DNA of 64,000 bases from an uncultured Bacilli bacterium (GTDB lineage: Bacteria > Bacillota_I > Bacilli_A > RF39 > UBA660), in contig CAKPMY010000001.1 in the NCBI GenBank assembly GCA_934168245.1, forward strand, positions 201,428-265,427, written 5' to 3'. Made by a program: the position numbers and the translations under genes. This document shows positions 19,846-28,264 of the stretch, piece after piece. Every line of letters starts with the position of its first letter. Position 1 is the stretch's first letter. The notes below the pieces were generated by a model that was not told the DNA's origin, did not search any database, and saw only the letters and a list, made by a program, of their open reading frames with translations.

Positions 19846-20075
19846 AAAAAAAAGAGCCAACTCATCCATAAGGACGAATTGACTCGTGGTACCACCTTAA
19901 TTCATAGATAAATTCTATCTATGCACTCTTCTATCTTAACGCGACCAACGATTTTCTCCTAATAATGTAATTCAAAATTAACTATTTTTTAGTTCGCACC
20001 AACCACTAAATCTCTGCCTAAACAATTAATTTCTACTGATTTATCAATCAACGAAAATATAAATAGATTATAACA
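19846..20075 (-). promoter_or_regulatory. T-box riboswitch leader, Tyr specifier, with promoter
   Basis: Read on the minus strand. Extended -10 TGTTATAAT (20067-20075). Stem I has GCAGAGA. The specifier loop GAAUUACAUU carries UAC (19967-19969) followed by A. T-box sequence AAGGUGGUACCACG (about 19885-19899). Terminator GAGUCAAUUCGUCC-UUAU-GGAUGAGUUGGCUC plus U8 (19846-19885). Confidence 0.85.
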
Positions 20076-20111
20076 CATTAATAAAATAATGCAACTAAAA
20101 GTTTATATTTC

Positions 20112-20522
20112 TTACTTTTTTTCTGCTTTTTCTAACTTTTTAAGTACATCTTTAGTAACAGCAATAGCCTTTACTCTTAATTCATCAGCAGCATCACGTA
20201 GAACTGGAGTTCCCTTTTCTACTGCTAAATCAACAAGGTCATCAACTTTATCTTTTAAAAGTAATGCTTTTTCTTTTGCTAAATCTAAGGCTTTTTCTTT
20301 ATCTAAATCTGTAAGTTCTTCTTTTATTTCATTAACTCTCTTATCAAATTCTTTCTTTACTTCTTCAGTATCGATATCTTTAATTTGATTTAATACCTTC
20401 TCAATTTGTTTCTTTAAATCTTCTCTCATATCGCTACCTTTTTTAGGAGCAAATAAAAGTCCTAATCCAGCACCAAGTGCAGCACCTACTAAAAATTTTC
20501 CACAACCTTTTTTCTTACTCAT
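20112..20522 (-). CDS. YtxH-like general stress protein
   Basis: FLVGAALGAGLGLLFAPKKGSD (YtxH motif) followed by a coiled coil. The start is ATG 20522, preceded by GAGGAGG. Confidence 0.8.
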   Translation of the reverse strand: MSKKKGCGKFLVGAALGAGLGLLFAPKKGSDMREDLKKQIEKVLNQIKDIDTEEVKKEFDKRVNEIKEELTDLDKEKALDLAKEKALLLKDKVDDLVDLAVEKGTPVLRDAADELRVKAIAVTKDVLKKLEKAEKK

Positions 20523-20823
20523 CTTCAAATTCCTCCTCACTTTTCTTTTTTCTCTTATTTTTTTTAAATAACTTAAATACAAAACTTGCTATCGAAGTAA
20601 TTATAGTATCACTAATCATAGCCAAACTATCAGTAGTTCTATCAATAAATGAAAATATCCCATTCAAAGAATTAACTTTATCAGAAACATTATCAACTAC
20701 TTTATCAACCTTATTTAGCATAATAATTAATTTAATACTTAGTATAATTAATACCACTAATAGTATAATCGCAACACAATATAATAATACAGGTAAAACA
20801 AAATTTAATAAATCCATATCCAT
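20515..20823 (-). CDS. DUF948 / YtxG-like membrane protein
   Basis: An N-terminal TM helix followed by a helical region. The position upstream of ytxH matches the Bacillus ytxG-ytxH arrangement. Overlaps the ytxH start by 8 nt. Confidence 0.6.
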   Translation of the reverse strand: MDMDLLNFVLPVLLYCVAIILLVVLIILSIKLIIMLNKVDKVVDNVSDKVNSLNGIFSFIDRTTDSLAMISDTIITSIASFVFKLFKKNKRKKKSEEEFEDE

Positions 20824-20834
20824 TTCTCCTTATA

Positions 20835-21944
20835 TTAGTCTTGGTCCTGATACATTGAATCGATTAAATCAAATAAGTTGTCATCATCAGTAACATCTTC
20901 TTTTTTCTCTTCTTTTTTTTCTACTATTGTCTTATGTTCTTCCTCTTCTTCACTAAATTTAGCAGCCGTAATATCATCATCATATGATGCTCTTTCTCTT
21001 CTACCAGTTGCTTTCTTACCTGCATCTACATAGTCTACATTATATTCTAATCCTAAATCCTGAAAATATTCCAGTGCATCTCCCATTGTTACATCTTTAA
21101 CAGCCGGTTTATCATTATCTGAACTTAAATCTACTAATAGATTAGAATCACTATCTTCAACCTCAAAAGTAGGAAGAACGCTCTCTGTATTAGCCTTAGT
21201 ACTATTATCCTCTTCATGTCTACCAAAGGCTTTTTTTCTAACATCATCAACACTTACTTTATCTCTATCAAAACTACTTGTAAACTTAACTTCTCTTTTT
21301 GGCACTATATCTTCTTTAGAATAATTCTTATCTAAAATACCATAAATTGGAGATATTATAGGTGATGGTTTAAAATAAGACTTTTCATCTTTCTGCTCAT
21401 AACTATTATATTCTTGAACAGTAGCCTGTGGAGTTTCTTCTATACCATATGGATGAGGTCCCGTATTCTTAGGCTTAGATGGATAAAGTTTTTGATCCCT
21501 ACTATCTCTACTAACTGAATAAGGTGGAATACTATCATCTTTATCAATCACTTTAACTATCGTTGGTTCAGAAACAGTATAAGACGGAGTATCATCCACA
21601 GTAAAGTCTTCATCATCTATCATTTTAAATGTATTATGAACTTCTTCTTCGACTCTTTTAGGTTTAATTTCAAAGTCTTCATCAGTTAATTCAACATCTT
21701 CCTCTTCTGGAACATAAACATCCCTTTTTTCAGGAAGAACAACCTTTTTTGCTACCGGTTTTTCCTCTTTTACTTTTACTTCTTCTTCCTCATCTTCTAA
21801 TTCTTGTCTTTTACTATATTTTTCTTTAATCTTATCTTTAGAAGACACTTTCTTTTTAGGAACACTCTTTGTCTTAGGCTTTTCCTCAACTTCAACATAC
21901 TCTTCTTCAAATAGAGCATTTTTAAGTTTCTCAAATATACTCAT
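20835..21944 (-). CDS. Highly acidic, probably disordered protein with a SepF-like N-terminal amphipathic helix
   Basis: MSIFEKLKNALFEEEYVEVEE resembles the SepF membrane-targeting N-terminus (MSMKNKLKNFFSMEDEEYEYEY). I could not find a SepF core domain. The remainder is E/D/K-rich. Confidence 0.45.
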   Translation of the reverse strand: MSIFEKLKNALFEEEYVEVEEKPKTKSVPKKKVSSKDKIKEKYSKRQELEDEEEEVKVKEEKPVAKKVVLPEKRDVYVPEEEDVELTDEDFEIKPKRVEEEVHNTFKMIDDEDFTVDDTPSYTVSEPTIVKVIDKDDSIPPYSVSRDSRDQKLYPSKPKNTGPHPYGIEETPQATVQEYNSYEQKDEKSYFKPSPIISPIYGILDKNYSKEDIVPKREVKFTSSFDRDKVSVDDVRKKAFGRHEEDNSTKANTESVLPTFEVEDSDSNLLVDLSSDNDKPAVKDVTMGDALEYFQDLGLEYNVDYVDAGKKATGRRERASYDDDITAAKFSEEEEEHKTIVEKKEEKKEDVTDDDNLFDLIDSMYQDQD

Positions 21945-21961
21945 GAGCTCACCTCTTCAAT

Positions 21962-22621
21962 TTATTCTTCATCTAAATCAATAACTTCTTGATCTTTAGC
22001 CTCTTTATAACCAGGTAAATTACCCGCTTCAACCTCTAAGGAATTATCATGTGTTGGAGTAGTATCAAACAATGTAAAACTCTCCTCTGCATAACTTAAA
22101 ACATTATCTCCAACTAAACTTTCAAGAACTTTGTCATTAAACTTTACAGAACGTAAAATATAACACATATTATTGATTACATTAACCAAGTCACTCTTAT
22201 CAACCAAAGCCTCTATTTTCGTATAATTATATACAAAAACGATAAAATACTTACAACCATCTTCAGTTATCTCTAAATAACCATCTTTCTTATTATAATT
22301 AATAACTTTAGAATAATAAGCATCTTGTTTTATCTTATAAGTATTATCAACTTTATGAAAATAACTAATAACATCAAAGTATACATAATACTTATTATCA
22401 AATCTATCCATTAAAATAGCATTATAATCTTCTTTATTAACAAACTTTAACCCATCAGGTACATAATATTTATATCCTTCAAACTGTACATTACTAGTCT
22501 TTACTTTCTCATTAAGTAAAAGGTCCATATTCTTTTCCAAGTCAGAATTATCAAGTCTTTTAATACTACACCCAGTAACTAATAATAAAACAATAGAGAG
22601 TAAAACAATTAACTTCTTCAT
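21962..22621 (-). CDS. Lipoprotein, unknown function
   Basis: Signal peptide with lipobox LLLVTGC. Confidence 0.6.
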   Translation of the reverse strand: MKKLIVLLSIVLLLVTGCSIKRLDNSDLEKNMDLLLNEKVKTSNVQFEGYKYYVPDGLKFVNKEDYNAILMDRFDNKYYVYFDVISYFHKVDNTYKIKQDAYYSKVINYNKKDGYLEITEDGCKYFIVFVYNYTKIEALVDKSDLVNVINNMCYILRSVKFNDKVLESLVGDNVLSYAEESFTLFDTTPTHDNSLEVEAGNLPGYKEAKDQEVIDLDEE

Positions 22622-22694
22622 ATTTCACCTACTCTTACTACATTATATCAAACTTTTTGTAAATGTAAAAATATTTTAACATCTATTTACTATA

Positions 22695-23330
22695 TTAGAC
22701 ATTACTTTTCTCAACAACAACAGCATAAATTGGCATTCCCTTACCTGAAAACTTATCTTCATACTCTGTTGTTATTAAATTATCTATCTCTTCACTATGT
22801 AAATCTAAACTTAACTTCTTTAATGTATACCCATACTCACTAAAACTAAGTAATGAATAAACAAACAAATCTCTATTATCAGTTCTCATACATATTTGCA
22901 TCTTATCTTTAAATATATTATCATACTTTGCTAAAAACACTTTACTAGAAAGTCTTCGCAAACTATGTCGAACTTTAGGCCAAGGATCTGAAAAGTTTAG
23001 GTAAATTCTACTAACTTCATGAGAAAATACTTTATCTATATTTAAAGCATCTAATCTAAGAATAACTAAATTATTTAACCCATCCGGTATTTTAGGTAAA
23101 CTCTTTGCTATAACACTATCATATTTTTCTATCCCAATAAAATTAATACCTGGATACTTAACAGCATTCTCTATTATAAATTTTCCTTTACCCATACCTA
23201 TTTCTATATATATTGGATTATTATTACAAAATAACTCTTCCCATTTTCCAATATATTCTTCTCCATTACTAATAAAGTAACTTGAATTATTTAATATTTC
23301 TTCTTTATTTTTGACATTTCTAAGTCGCAT
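22695..23330 (-). CDS. trmB: tRNA (guanine46-N7)-methyltransferase
   Basis: The start is ATG 23330 (MRLRNVKNKEE), preceded by GGTGAT. SAM-binding IEIGMGKGKF, and FSDPWPK is the TrmB signature. Confidence 0.9.
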   Translation of the reverse strand: MRLRNVKNKEEILNNSSYFISNGEEYIGKWEELFCNNNPIYIEIGMGKGKFIIENAVKYPGINFIGIEKYDSVIAKSLPKIPDGLNNLVILRLDALNIDKVFSHEVSRIYLNFSDPWPKVRHSLRRLSSKVFLAKYDNIFKDKMQICMRTDNRDLFVYSLLSFSEYGYTLKKLSLDLHSEEIDNLITTEYEDKFSGKGMPIYAVVVEKSNV

Positions 23331-23404
23331 ACATATCACCATAAAATATTTTATCACAAAATACAATAAATCGCATATAATAAAACGAAAGATAGGTTGA
23401 TAAT

Positions 23405-23593
23405 ATGAACAATATGCCTTATCCATATATGCCTGTACCAATGCCTTTTCCAACTCAAAATCAAGAAAACTATATGGAAGAAATTAATAAATTAAAATAT
23501 GAAGTAGCTTCTCTAAAAGAAAGAGTAAAAAACTTAGAAACAAAAAAAGAAAAAGGCTATCTCCAAAAAGAAGACGGTTACTACATTATGTAA
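23405..23593 (+). CDS. Small P/M/Y-rich plus coiled-coil protein (62 aa), hypothetical
   Basis: Lies in intergenic space once trmB is trimmed. Followed by a clean terminator. The RBS is weak. Confidence 0.35.
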   Translation: MNNMPYPYMPVPMPFPTQNQENYMEEINKLKYEVASLKERVKNLETKKEKGYLQKEDGYYIM

Positions 23594-23597
23594 TAGT

Positions 23598-23627
23598 TGA
23601 AGATGCAAATAAACATCTTCATTTTTT
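23598..23627 (+). terminator. Intrinsic terminator
   Basis: TGAAGATG-loop-CATCTTCA followed by TTTTTT. Confidence 0.7.
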
Positions 23628-23683
23628 ATCTTTAAGTTTAAAACTATACATGTTATACTAACTATATAAGAAAGTGAGGTAAC

Positions 23684-24856
23684 ATGATGTTAAGACTTAA
23701 AAATCTAGATAAGGAAGTATATGACAACTATGTAAAAAGTCATAAAGATAAATCCCATTTCTTACATTCTGAAAGTTTAACGGAGTTTATTAAAGTAGAA
23801 AAAAATCTAACTCCCTACTATCTAGGTTTAGTATCTGAAAATGATGAAATTGTCTGTGCAACGACAATATTCCAAGAATATTTAAAAATGAATTATTGTC
23901 GTTTATATATACCGGCTGGTTTTATAATGGATTATAAAAATAAATATCTCTTAAAAACCATGACTAAAAAAATTACAAACTTTGCTCTAAGCAAAAAAGC
24001 CCTATCAATAGAAATGTCTCCCTACATCAACACTAATCTAACTGCTGAAGACAAATCTATTATAATGGAAAATTTAAAAGAAGTAGGCTTTAAACCAACT
24101 ACTAAAAAAAGTTCTATAATGTTAAAGGGAAAAAGAGAAAGACTAGATCTAACTTTTGATATTGAAACTATCGAAAACAACTTTTCCGATAAAATAAAAG
24201 ACTATCTAACAAAAGCCATTTCTCTAGAAACAGAAGTTTTAGTAGGCTCTAAAAAAGATTTAGATTCTCTATACGAAATAATGCTTAGTATAAATAAAGA
24301 AGAAGTTCATTCTAAAGACTATTATGAAACTCTATATGAAGTCTTAAATGGTAATTCTTCTACTAAAGCAACTATTATCCTAGGTAAAATAAATCTAACC
24401 AAGACTATTAAAAGTCTAGAAAAGAAAATTAAAAAGACTACTGATCAAATGTCAATAATACCTATTGATTCTCTAACTAAAAGTTCGAAAACGAAACTTG
24501 CTAATCTAACTAAACAAAAAGAAGACTTAATGCAAGAATTAGAGAAGTTTCGTATCTATAAACAAGAACATCCTCAAGAATCAACTCTCTGTGCTCATCT
24601 TTTAATTGAACACAACGACAAGGCTTGGTTAATATATGACTACAATAAAGATGTATTAGAAGAAACATATTTAAAATACTATACTTACTATAAAGACATT
24701 AAATACTGTAAAGATCATAATCTAAACTACCTAGAACAAACATCTCCTAGTATCCTTACAGAATTTAATGCTAAAACTGTCGAAAATATCGGGACATATA
24801 CTTATAAAGTACGTCCTATAACTAATTTCATAATAACAAAAATATTTTTAAAATAA
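23684..24856 (+). CDS. FemAB-family peptidoglycan interpeptide-bridge aminoacyltransferase
   Basis: 390 aa. Overall FemX/FemA-like layout with a central coiled-coil insertion (KSLEKKIKK...LTKQKEDLMQELEKF). RBS AGTGAGG. The assignment rests on architecture rather than a sharp motif. Confidence 0.6.
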   Translation: MMLRLKNLDKEVYDNYVKSHKDKSHFLHSESLTEFIKVEKNLTPYYLGLVSENDEIVCATTIFQEYLKMNYCRLYIPAGFIMDYKNKYLLKTMTKKITNFALSKKALSIEMSPYINTNLTAEDKSIIMENLKEVGFKPTTKKSSIMLKGKRERLDLTFDIETIENNFSDKIKDYLTKAISLETEVLVGSKKDLDSLYEIMLSINKEEVHSKDYYETLYEVLNGNSSTKATIILGKINLTKTIKSLEKKIKKTTDQMSIIPIDSLTKSSKTKLANLTKQKEDLMQELEKFRIYKQEHPQESTLCAHLLIEHNDKAWLIYDYNKDVLEETYLKYYTYYKDIKYCKDHNLNYLEQTSPSILTEFNAKTVENIGTYTYKVRPITNFIITKIFLK

Positions 24857-24884
24857 ACTAAAATTTATGTACATAGTGCACAAT

Positions 24885-24922
24885 AAAAGTAATTTAAACA
24901 TCTTAAATTACTTTTATTTTTT
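24885..24922. terminator. Bidirectional terminator between convergent genes
   Basis: AAAAGTAATTTAA-acatc-TTAAATTACTTTT with flanking A and T runs. Overlaps the flippase stop codon. Confidence 0.65.
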
Positions 24923-26521
24923 TATATTTTTACCAAATATATGTCTAATAGTACCCATTTTATAAGTAAAAATTAAATAAACTACGCCTCCAATAACACC
25001 ATAAAATAAAATTATAAATAAATTAACAATTCTCACCTCAGAAGAAATTGGAATAATAAACTTAAGTAAGAATAAGACTCCACTCATCAACATTGATCCA
25101 CATAAAATATCAATAAAATGCTTAATCAAATCTTCATAATTAATCTCTAACTTTTTAGAAAGACTAATAATCGCTATAACAAATGAAGTAATATATCCAA
25201 TAACACTCGCTGAAATAACCCCATAATATGCTGGCACACCCATCTTATAAAAACCTGTTATTAAACTAGTATTAAGTAATATTTTTAAAACTAATCCCGC
25301 TACCAAACTTATAAGTATTATTTTGTAATCTTTATAAATTCTAATAACTGAAACCGTCAAATATAAAACACTCATAAATAAAGCCACAAATATATAATAA
25401 GTAAGTACACTAGGACCAAATTGACTAACTCCATAAAATAAATTCCATATTGGTTTAGCCAAGAAGCTTATTAAAACTGCAATTGGAATAATTAAAAATA
25501 ACAACATCTCATAAGCCAAATTAATCTTTTTAGAACTTTCCTTCTTCTCTTTCTTTATAATACTTTGTTCTAAATTAGGAATCAAACTATTAACAATACC
25601 AACACAAATAGAAAAAACAAATGTATTAAACACAAAACCCCATATCGAAAGCATCGAAGAAATAGTCTCACTCTCTTCAATATCAAATCTTGTATGCCTA
25701 ACAAGTCCATTAACAACACTACATATATCAACAACATTATATAAATATCTAAACCCATCTATTACCACAAAAGGTACAGCATATAAACAAATTTTTTTAA
25801 TTATCTCTTTATTAGTAATTAACGGTTCATTAACTTTACGTATCTTTTCTCTAAATTTATTCTCATATTTCCTACTTTTAATATACAAATATAAGTACGA
25901 AGCCATAATACCTACTAAAATTCCCCATAAAGTAAACATAACTGTTTTAGGCACCGTAAACTTAAAAACTCTAAGTACAAAATATCCTCCTAATACAATA
26001 ACTAGTATTCTAAATATCTTTTCAACTACTCTAGAAAAGGCTGAAACATCTAAAAATCTATGTCCTTCAAAATATCCTCGATAAACACCAAGTAAAGGAA
26101 ACACCATAACAGAAACAGATACAATTCTAATACATCTAACAATCTCTTCATCTGTTCCCTTACAAATAATAGAAACAATAATCGGAGCCAAAATATTTAT
26201 CAAAAGAAAACATCCAAGTCCAAAAACCACCGCGATTTTCTTTCCCAGTATAAATACTCTATTTTTAACCTCATAAAAGCCAAGAGTCTGATACTCAGAA
26301 ACAACTCTACTTATAGATAAAGGTAATGCACAAACAGATAACGACATAAACATTAAATATATTGTATAAGCATATCCATATAAAGCCCCACCAGTATCCC
26401 CAATAATAGAATGAAATGGAATAACATATAAAACCTCAAACACCTTACTAAGTACAACAAGAATACTAGTAAGTAAGGTCATATTAATAAACTTATTTTT
26501 TATTACTACTTTCTTATTCAT
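24914..26521 (-). CDS. MOP-superfamily flippase (SpoVB/MurJ-like polysaccharide biosynthesis protein)
   Basis: About 14 TM helices and ~535 aa. The start is ATG 26521 (MNKKVVIK). Confidence 0.7.
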   Translation of the reverse strand: MNKKVVIKNKFINMTLLTSILVVLSKVFEVLYVIPFHSIIGDTGGALYGYAYTIYLMFMSLSVCALPLSISRVVSEYQTLGFYEVKNRVFILGKKIAVVFGLGCFLLINILAPIIVSIICKGTDEEIVRCIRIVSVSVMVFPLLGVYRGYFEGHRFLDVSAFSRVVEKIFRILVIVLGGYFVLRVFKFTVPKTVMFTLWGILVGIMASYLYLYIKSRKYENKFREKIRKVNEPLITNKEIIKKICLYAVPFVVIDGFRYLYNVVDICSVVNGLVRHTRFDIEESETISSMLSIWGFVFNTFVFSICVGIVNSLIPNLEQSIIKKEKKESSKKINLAYEMLLFLIIPIAVLISFLAKPIWNLFYGVSQFGPSVLTYYIFVALFMSVLYLTVSVIRIYKDYKIILISLVAGLVLKILLNTSLITGFYKMGVPAYYGVISASVIGYITSFVIAIISLSKKLEINYEDLIKHFIDILCGSMLMSGVLFLLKFIIPISSEVRIVNLFIILFYGVIGGVVYLIFTYKMGTIRHIFGKNIKK

Positions 26522-26618
26522 TATACATCTCCTACAATAATCATAACACAAATCAAAAAAAAGAAAAACTAGTCAAATAGTCTTTCTCTAGCAACCCACG
26601 GTCTAATTTTCATATATG

Positions 26619-26789
26619 TCAATAATAAACAATCATCGCCGAAAAACAAAACACCTGTTCTTCACTAAAAATACCAATACTAACCTGATACTTAATATCA
26701 ACAACTTCCCCTTCTAAATCCCCCAAAAAACTATTAATATCATTTTCTAAGTCCTTCTCATCTTCATCATCAAATATTTTAACTTTCAT
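26619..26789 (-). CDS. cse60: Sporulation protein Cse60-like (56 aa; below the ORF-track cutoff)
   Basis: Hand translation: MKVKIFDDEDEKDLENDINSFLGDLEGEVVDIKYQVSIGIFSEEQVFCFSAMIVYY. GGTGAT RBS lies 4 nt upstream. The pattern (VKIFDeedEKDLE...IDIKYQV...CFSAlI.Y) matches my memory of the Cse60/YteV family. Confidence 0.6.
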   Translation of the reverse strand: MKVKIFDDEDEKDLENDINSFLGDLEGEVVDIKYQVSIGIFSEEQVFCFSAMIVYY

Positions 26790-26844
26790 TATATCACCAA
26801 TTTAATTATAAAAAAAAGAATAGTAAAACAATGTCGTATTTTAA

Positions 26845-27756
26845 CTATTCACTTTCTTTTTTTAAATCACTACTCTTACTCTTAACTTTATATCGTTTAC
26901 CCTCACTTTTCTGCCTAACTCTCTCATTAATGTCCAATTCCACAATAGAATCACATATCTTATAACGATAAAAGTTCTTAATATCTGTATAATCTCCCTC
27001 GTTATTGGCAAGATTCATAGCCTTATGATATTCTCCTCTTTCTCTTTCTAAAATATATATAGGAGGTAATCCAACATCTTCTAATAACTTATTTGTAAAT
27101 GCTCTAATAGTTCTACCATTTCCATCTTTAAAAGGATGTACTTTTATTAATCGACAGTTTATTTCTACACAACAGTCTAAATATGCTAGTAACTGCGAAG
27201 AGTCATTTGCACTTCTAATCTCTGGAGCAATACTACGTAAATACTGCACATCTTCATCTATTTCATTTAATCGATGACGAATCTCTCTCCACTCACACAA
27301 CTCAGTCCCTGTTCCCGGTAAATAAACATCTTCATTTCTAATAGTACCGGCATATTCTGGAAAAGGTGAAAATGAAAATAACATTCTATGCAAATCAAGT
27401 AACGTATAAACATCAAATCTATATTCAATATCATCAGAATGAACGTACTCATACATCTTTTCTAATCCTTTAACCTCAGAATCAATATGAACATCTTCTA
27501 ATCTACTCTCATTACGAATATATCTCTTTACAAAAGCCTTTTTTAATCTATCAAAAACAATCTCATCAGGATTCAAGCCATAATACATTTTTATTAACTT
27601 TGTAGGTACTGAAATATCCGTTCCATAAAGTTTCTTTCTCTCTTTTCTCCACTTATAACCTAAAAAGCTCTCTCTAATTAAAAATTCCGGATCAAGTCCA
27701 AGATCCACTAAACGTCTAATAAAAATTTCTTTTTCCTGTTCACTCAAATTTCTCAT
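26845..27756 (-). CDS. Fic-family protein (probable AMPylase / NMP transferase)
   Basis: Canonical Fic motif HPFKDGNGRTIR. ATG at 27756. Its own promoter is TTTACT-17-TATAAT with a TG extension (about 27777-27808). Confidence 0.85.
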   Translation of the reverse strand: MRNLSEQEKEIFIRRLVDLGLDPEFLIRESFLGYKWRKERKKLYGTDISVPTKLIKMYYGLNPDEIVFDRLKKAFVKRYIRNESRLEDVHIDSEVKGLEKMYEYVHSDDIEYRFDVYTLLDLHRMLFSFSPFPEYAGTIRNEDVYLPGTGTELCEWREIRHRLNEIDEDVQYLRSIAPEIRSANDSSQLLAYLDCCVEINCRLIKVHPFKDGNGRTIRAFTNKLLEDVGLPPIYILERERGEYHKAMNLANNEGDYTDIKNFYRYKICDSIVELDINERVRQKSEGKRYKVKSKSSDLKKESE

Positions 27757-27794
27757 CCCCAATCTGAAATATGCTTATTATAACACCATAAAAA

Positions 27795-27830
27795 TAAAAA
27801 GTAAACAAAAAGGACTTATCCCTAAGTCCA
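27795..27830 (-). terminator. Intrinsic terminator after the AAA-like gene pair
   Basis: On the minus strand: GGACTTA-GGGA-TAAGTCC followed by TTTTTGTTT. It separates the pair from fic. Confidence 0.65.
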
Positions 27831-27862
27831 TATACTTATCTAATTTAAAAAACGTACTTGTT

Positions 27863-28264
27863 CTAAATATGTACTAACAAAGAATACACTTCTTCACTTA
27901 TTTTATTCTTTTTTAAATTTGAACAAGTCACAATAATCAAACAGTCATTAGGTAATTCAAATGTACTAATTTTCTTATATTTAAGTAGTTCGATAAACTT
28001 TTTCTGTTCCTCTAAACCTACATTATTTATATTATCTATAATCAAAATAGCCGAATCGCCCGTATCTTTTTCTAGTAGCTCACTATACCAAGTAGGTGGA
28101 CAAAACTTAGTACCTTCATAATGTCCATTCAATTCTTTTTTATCAATATTTGCATTAAGTACAACTGCATCACCAAAGAAGTTAGCCTGAATACCTTCGA
28201 TCAACAAAGGTGAAATAGAAGCCTCTAAATAAGATTTTAAGAGAGTTAACTTCTCTGTATTCAT
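27863..28264 (-). CDS. Stand-alone degenerate AAA+-like (MoxR/McrB AAA_5-like) module, 133 aa
   Basis: Paralogous to the middle of the upstream 631-aa protein (PPTWY; AILIIDNINNVGLEEQKKFIELL; LPNDCLIIVTC). There is no GxxGxGK[ST], and the Walker B position reads IIDN. GGAGG RBS. ATGA overlap with the upstream stop. Confidence 0.5.
   Translation of the reverse strand: MNTEKLTLLKSYLEASISPLLIEGIQANFFGDAVVLNANIDKKELNGHYEGTKFCPPTWYSELLEKDTGDSAILIIDNINNVGLEEQKKFIELLKYKKISTFELPNDCLIIVTCSNLKKNKISEEVYSLLVHI

Noticed and set aside
19836-19895. N-terminal extensions of track ORFs (for example CYTH to 19895, the small membrane protein to 33058, tnpA to 57214, smpB to 58316 and trmB to 23453)
   Set aside because: The extensions run through T-box terminators, hairpins or upstream genes and lack RBSs. 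Internal starts with good Shine-Dalgarno spacing match the conserved N-termini.
20089-20893. Plus-strand ORFs 20089-20388 and 20477-20893
   Set aside because: They are shadow ORFs antisense to the YtxH-like and DUF948 genes. Their S/L/F-rich products are typical of the antisense frame in AT-rich DNA.
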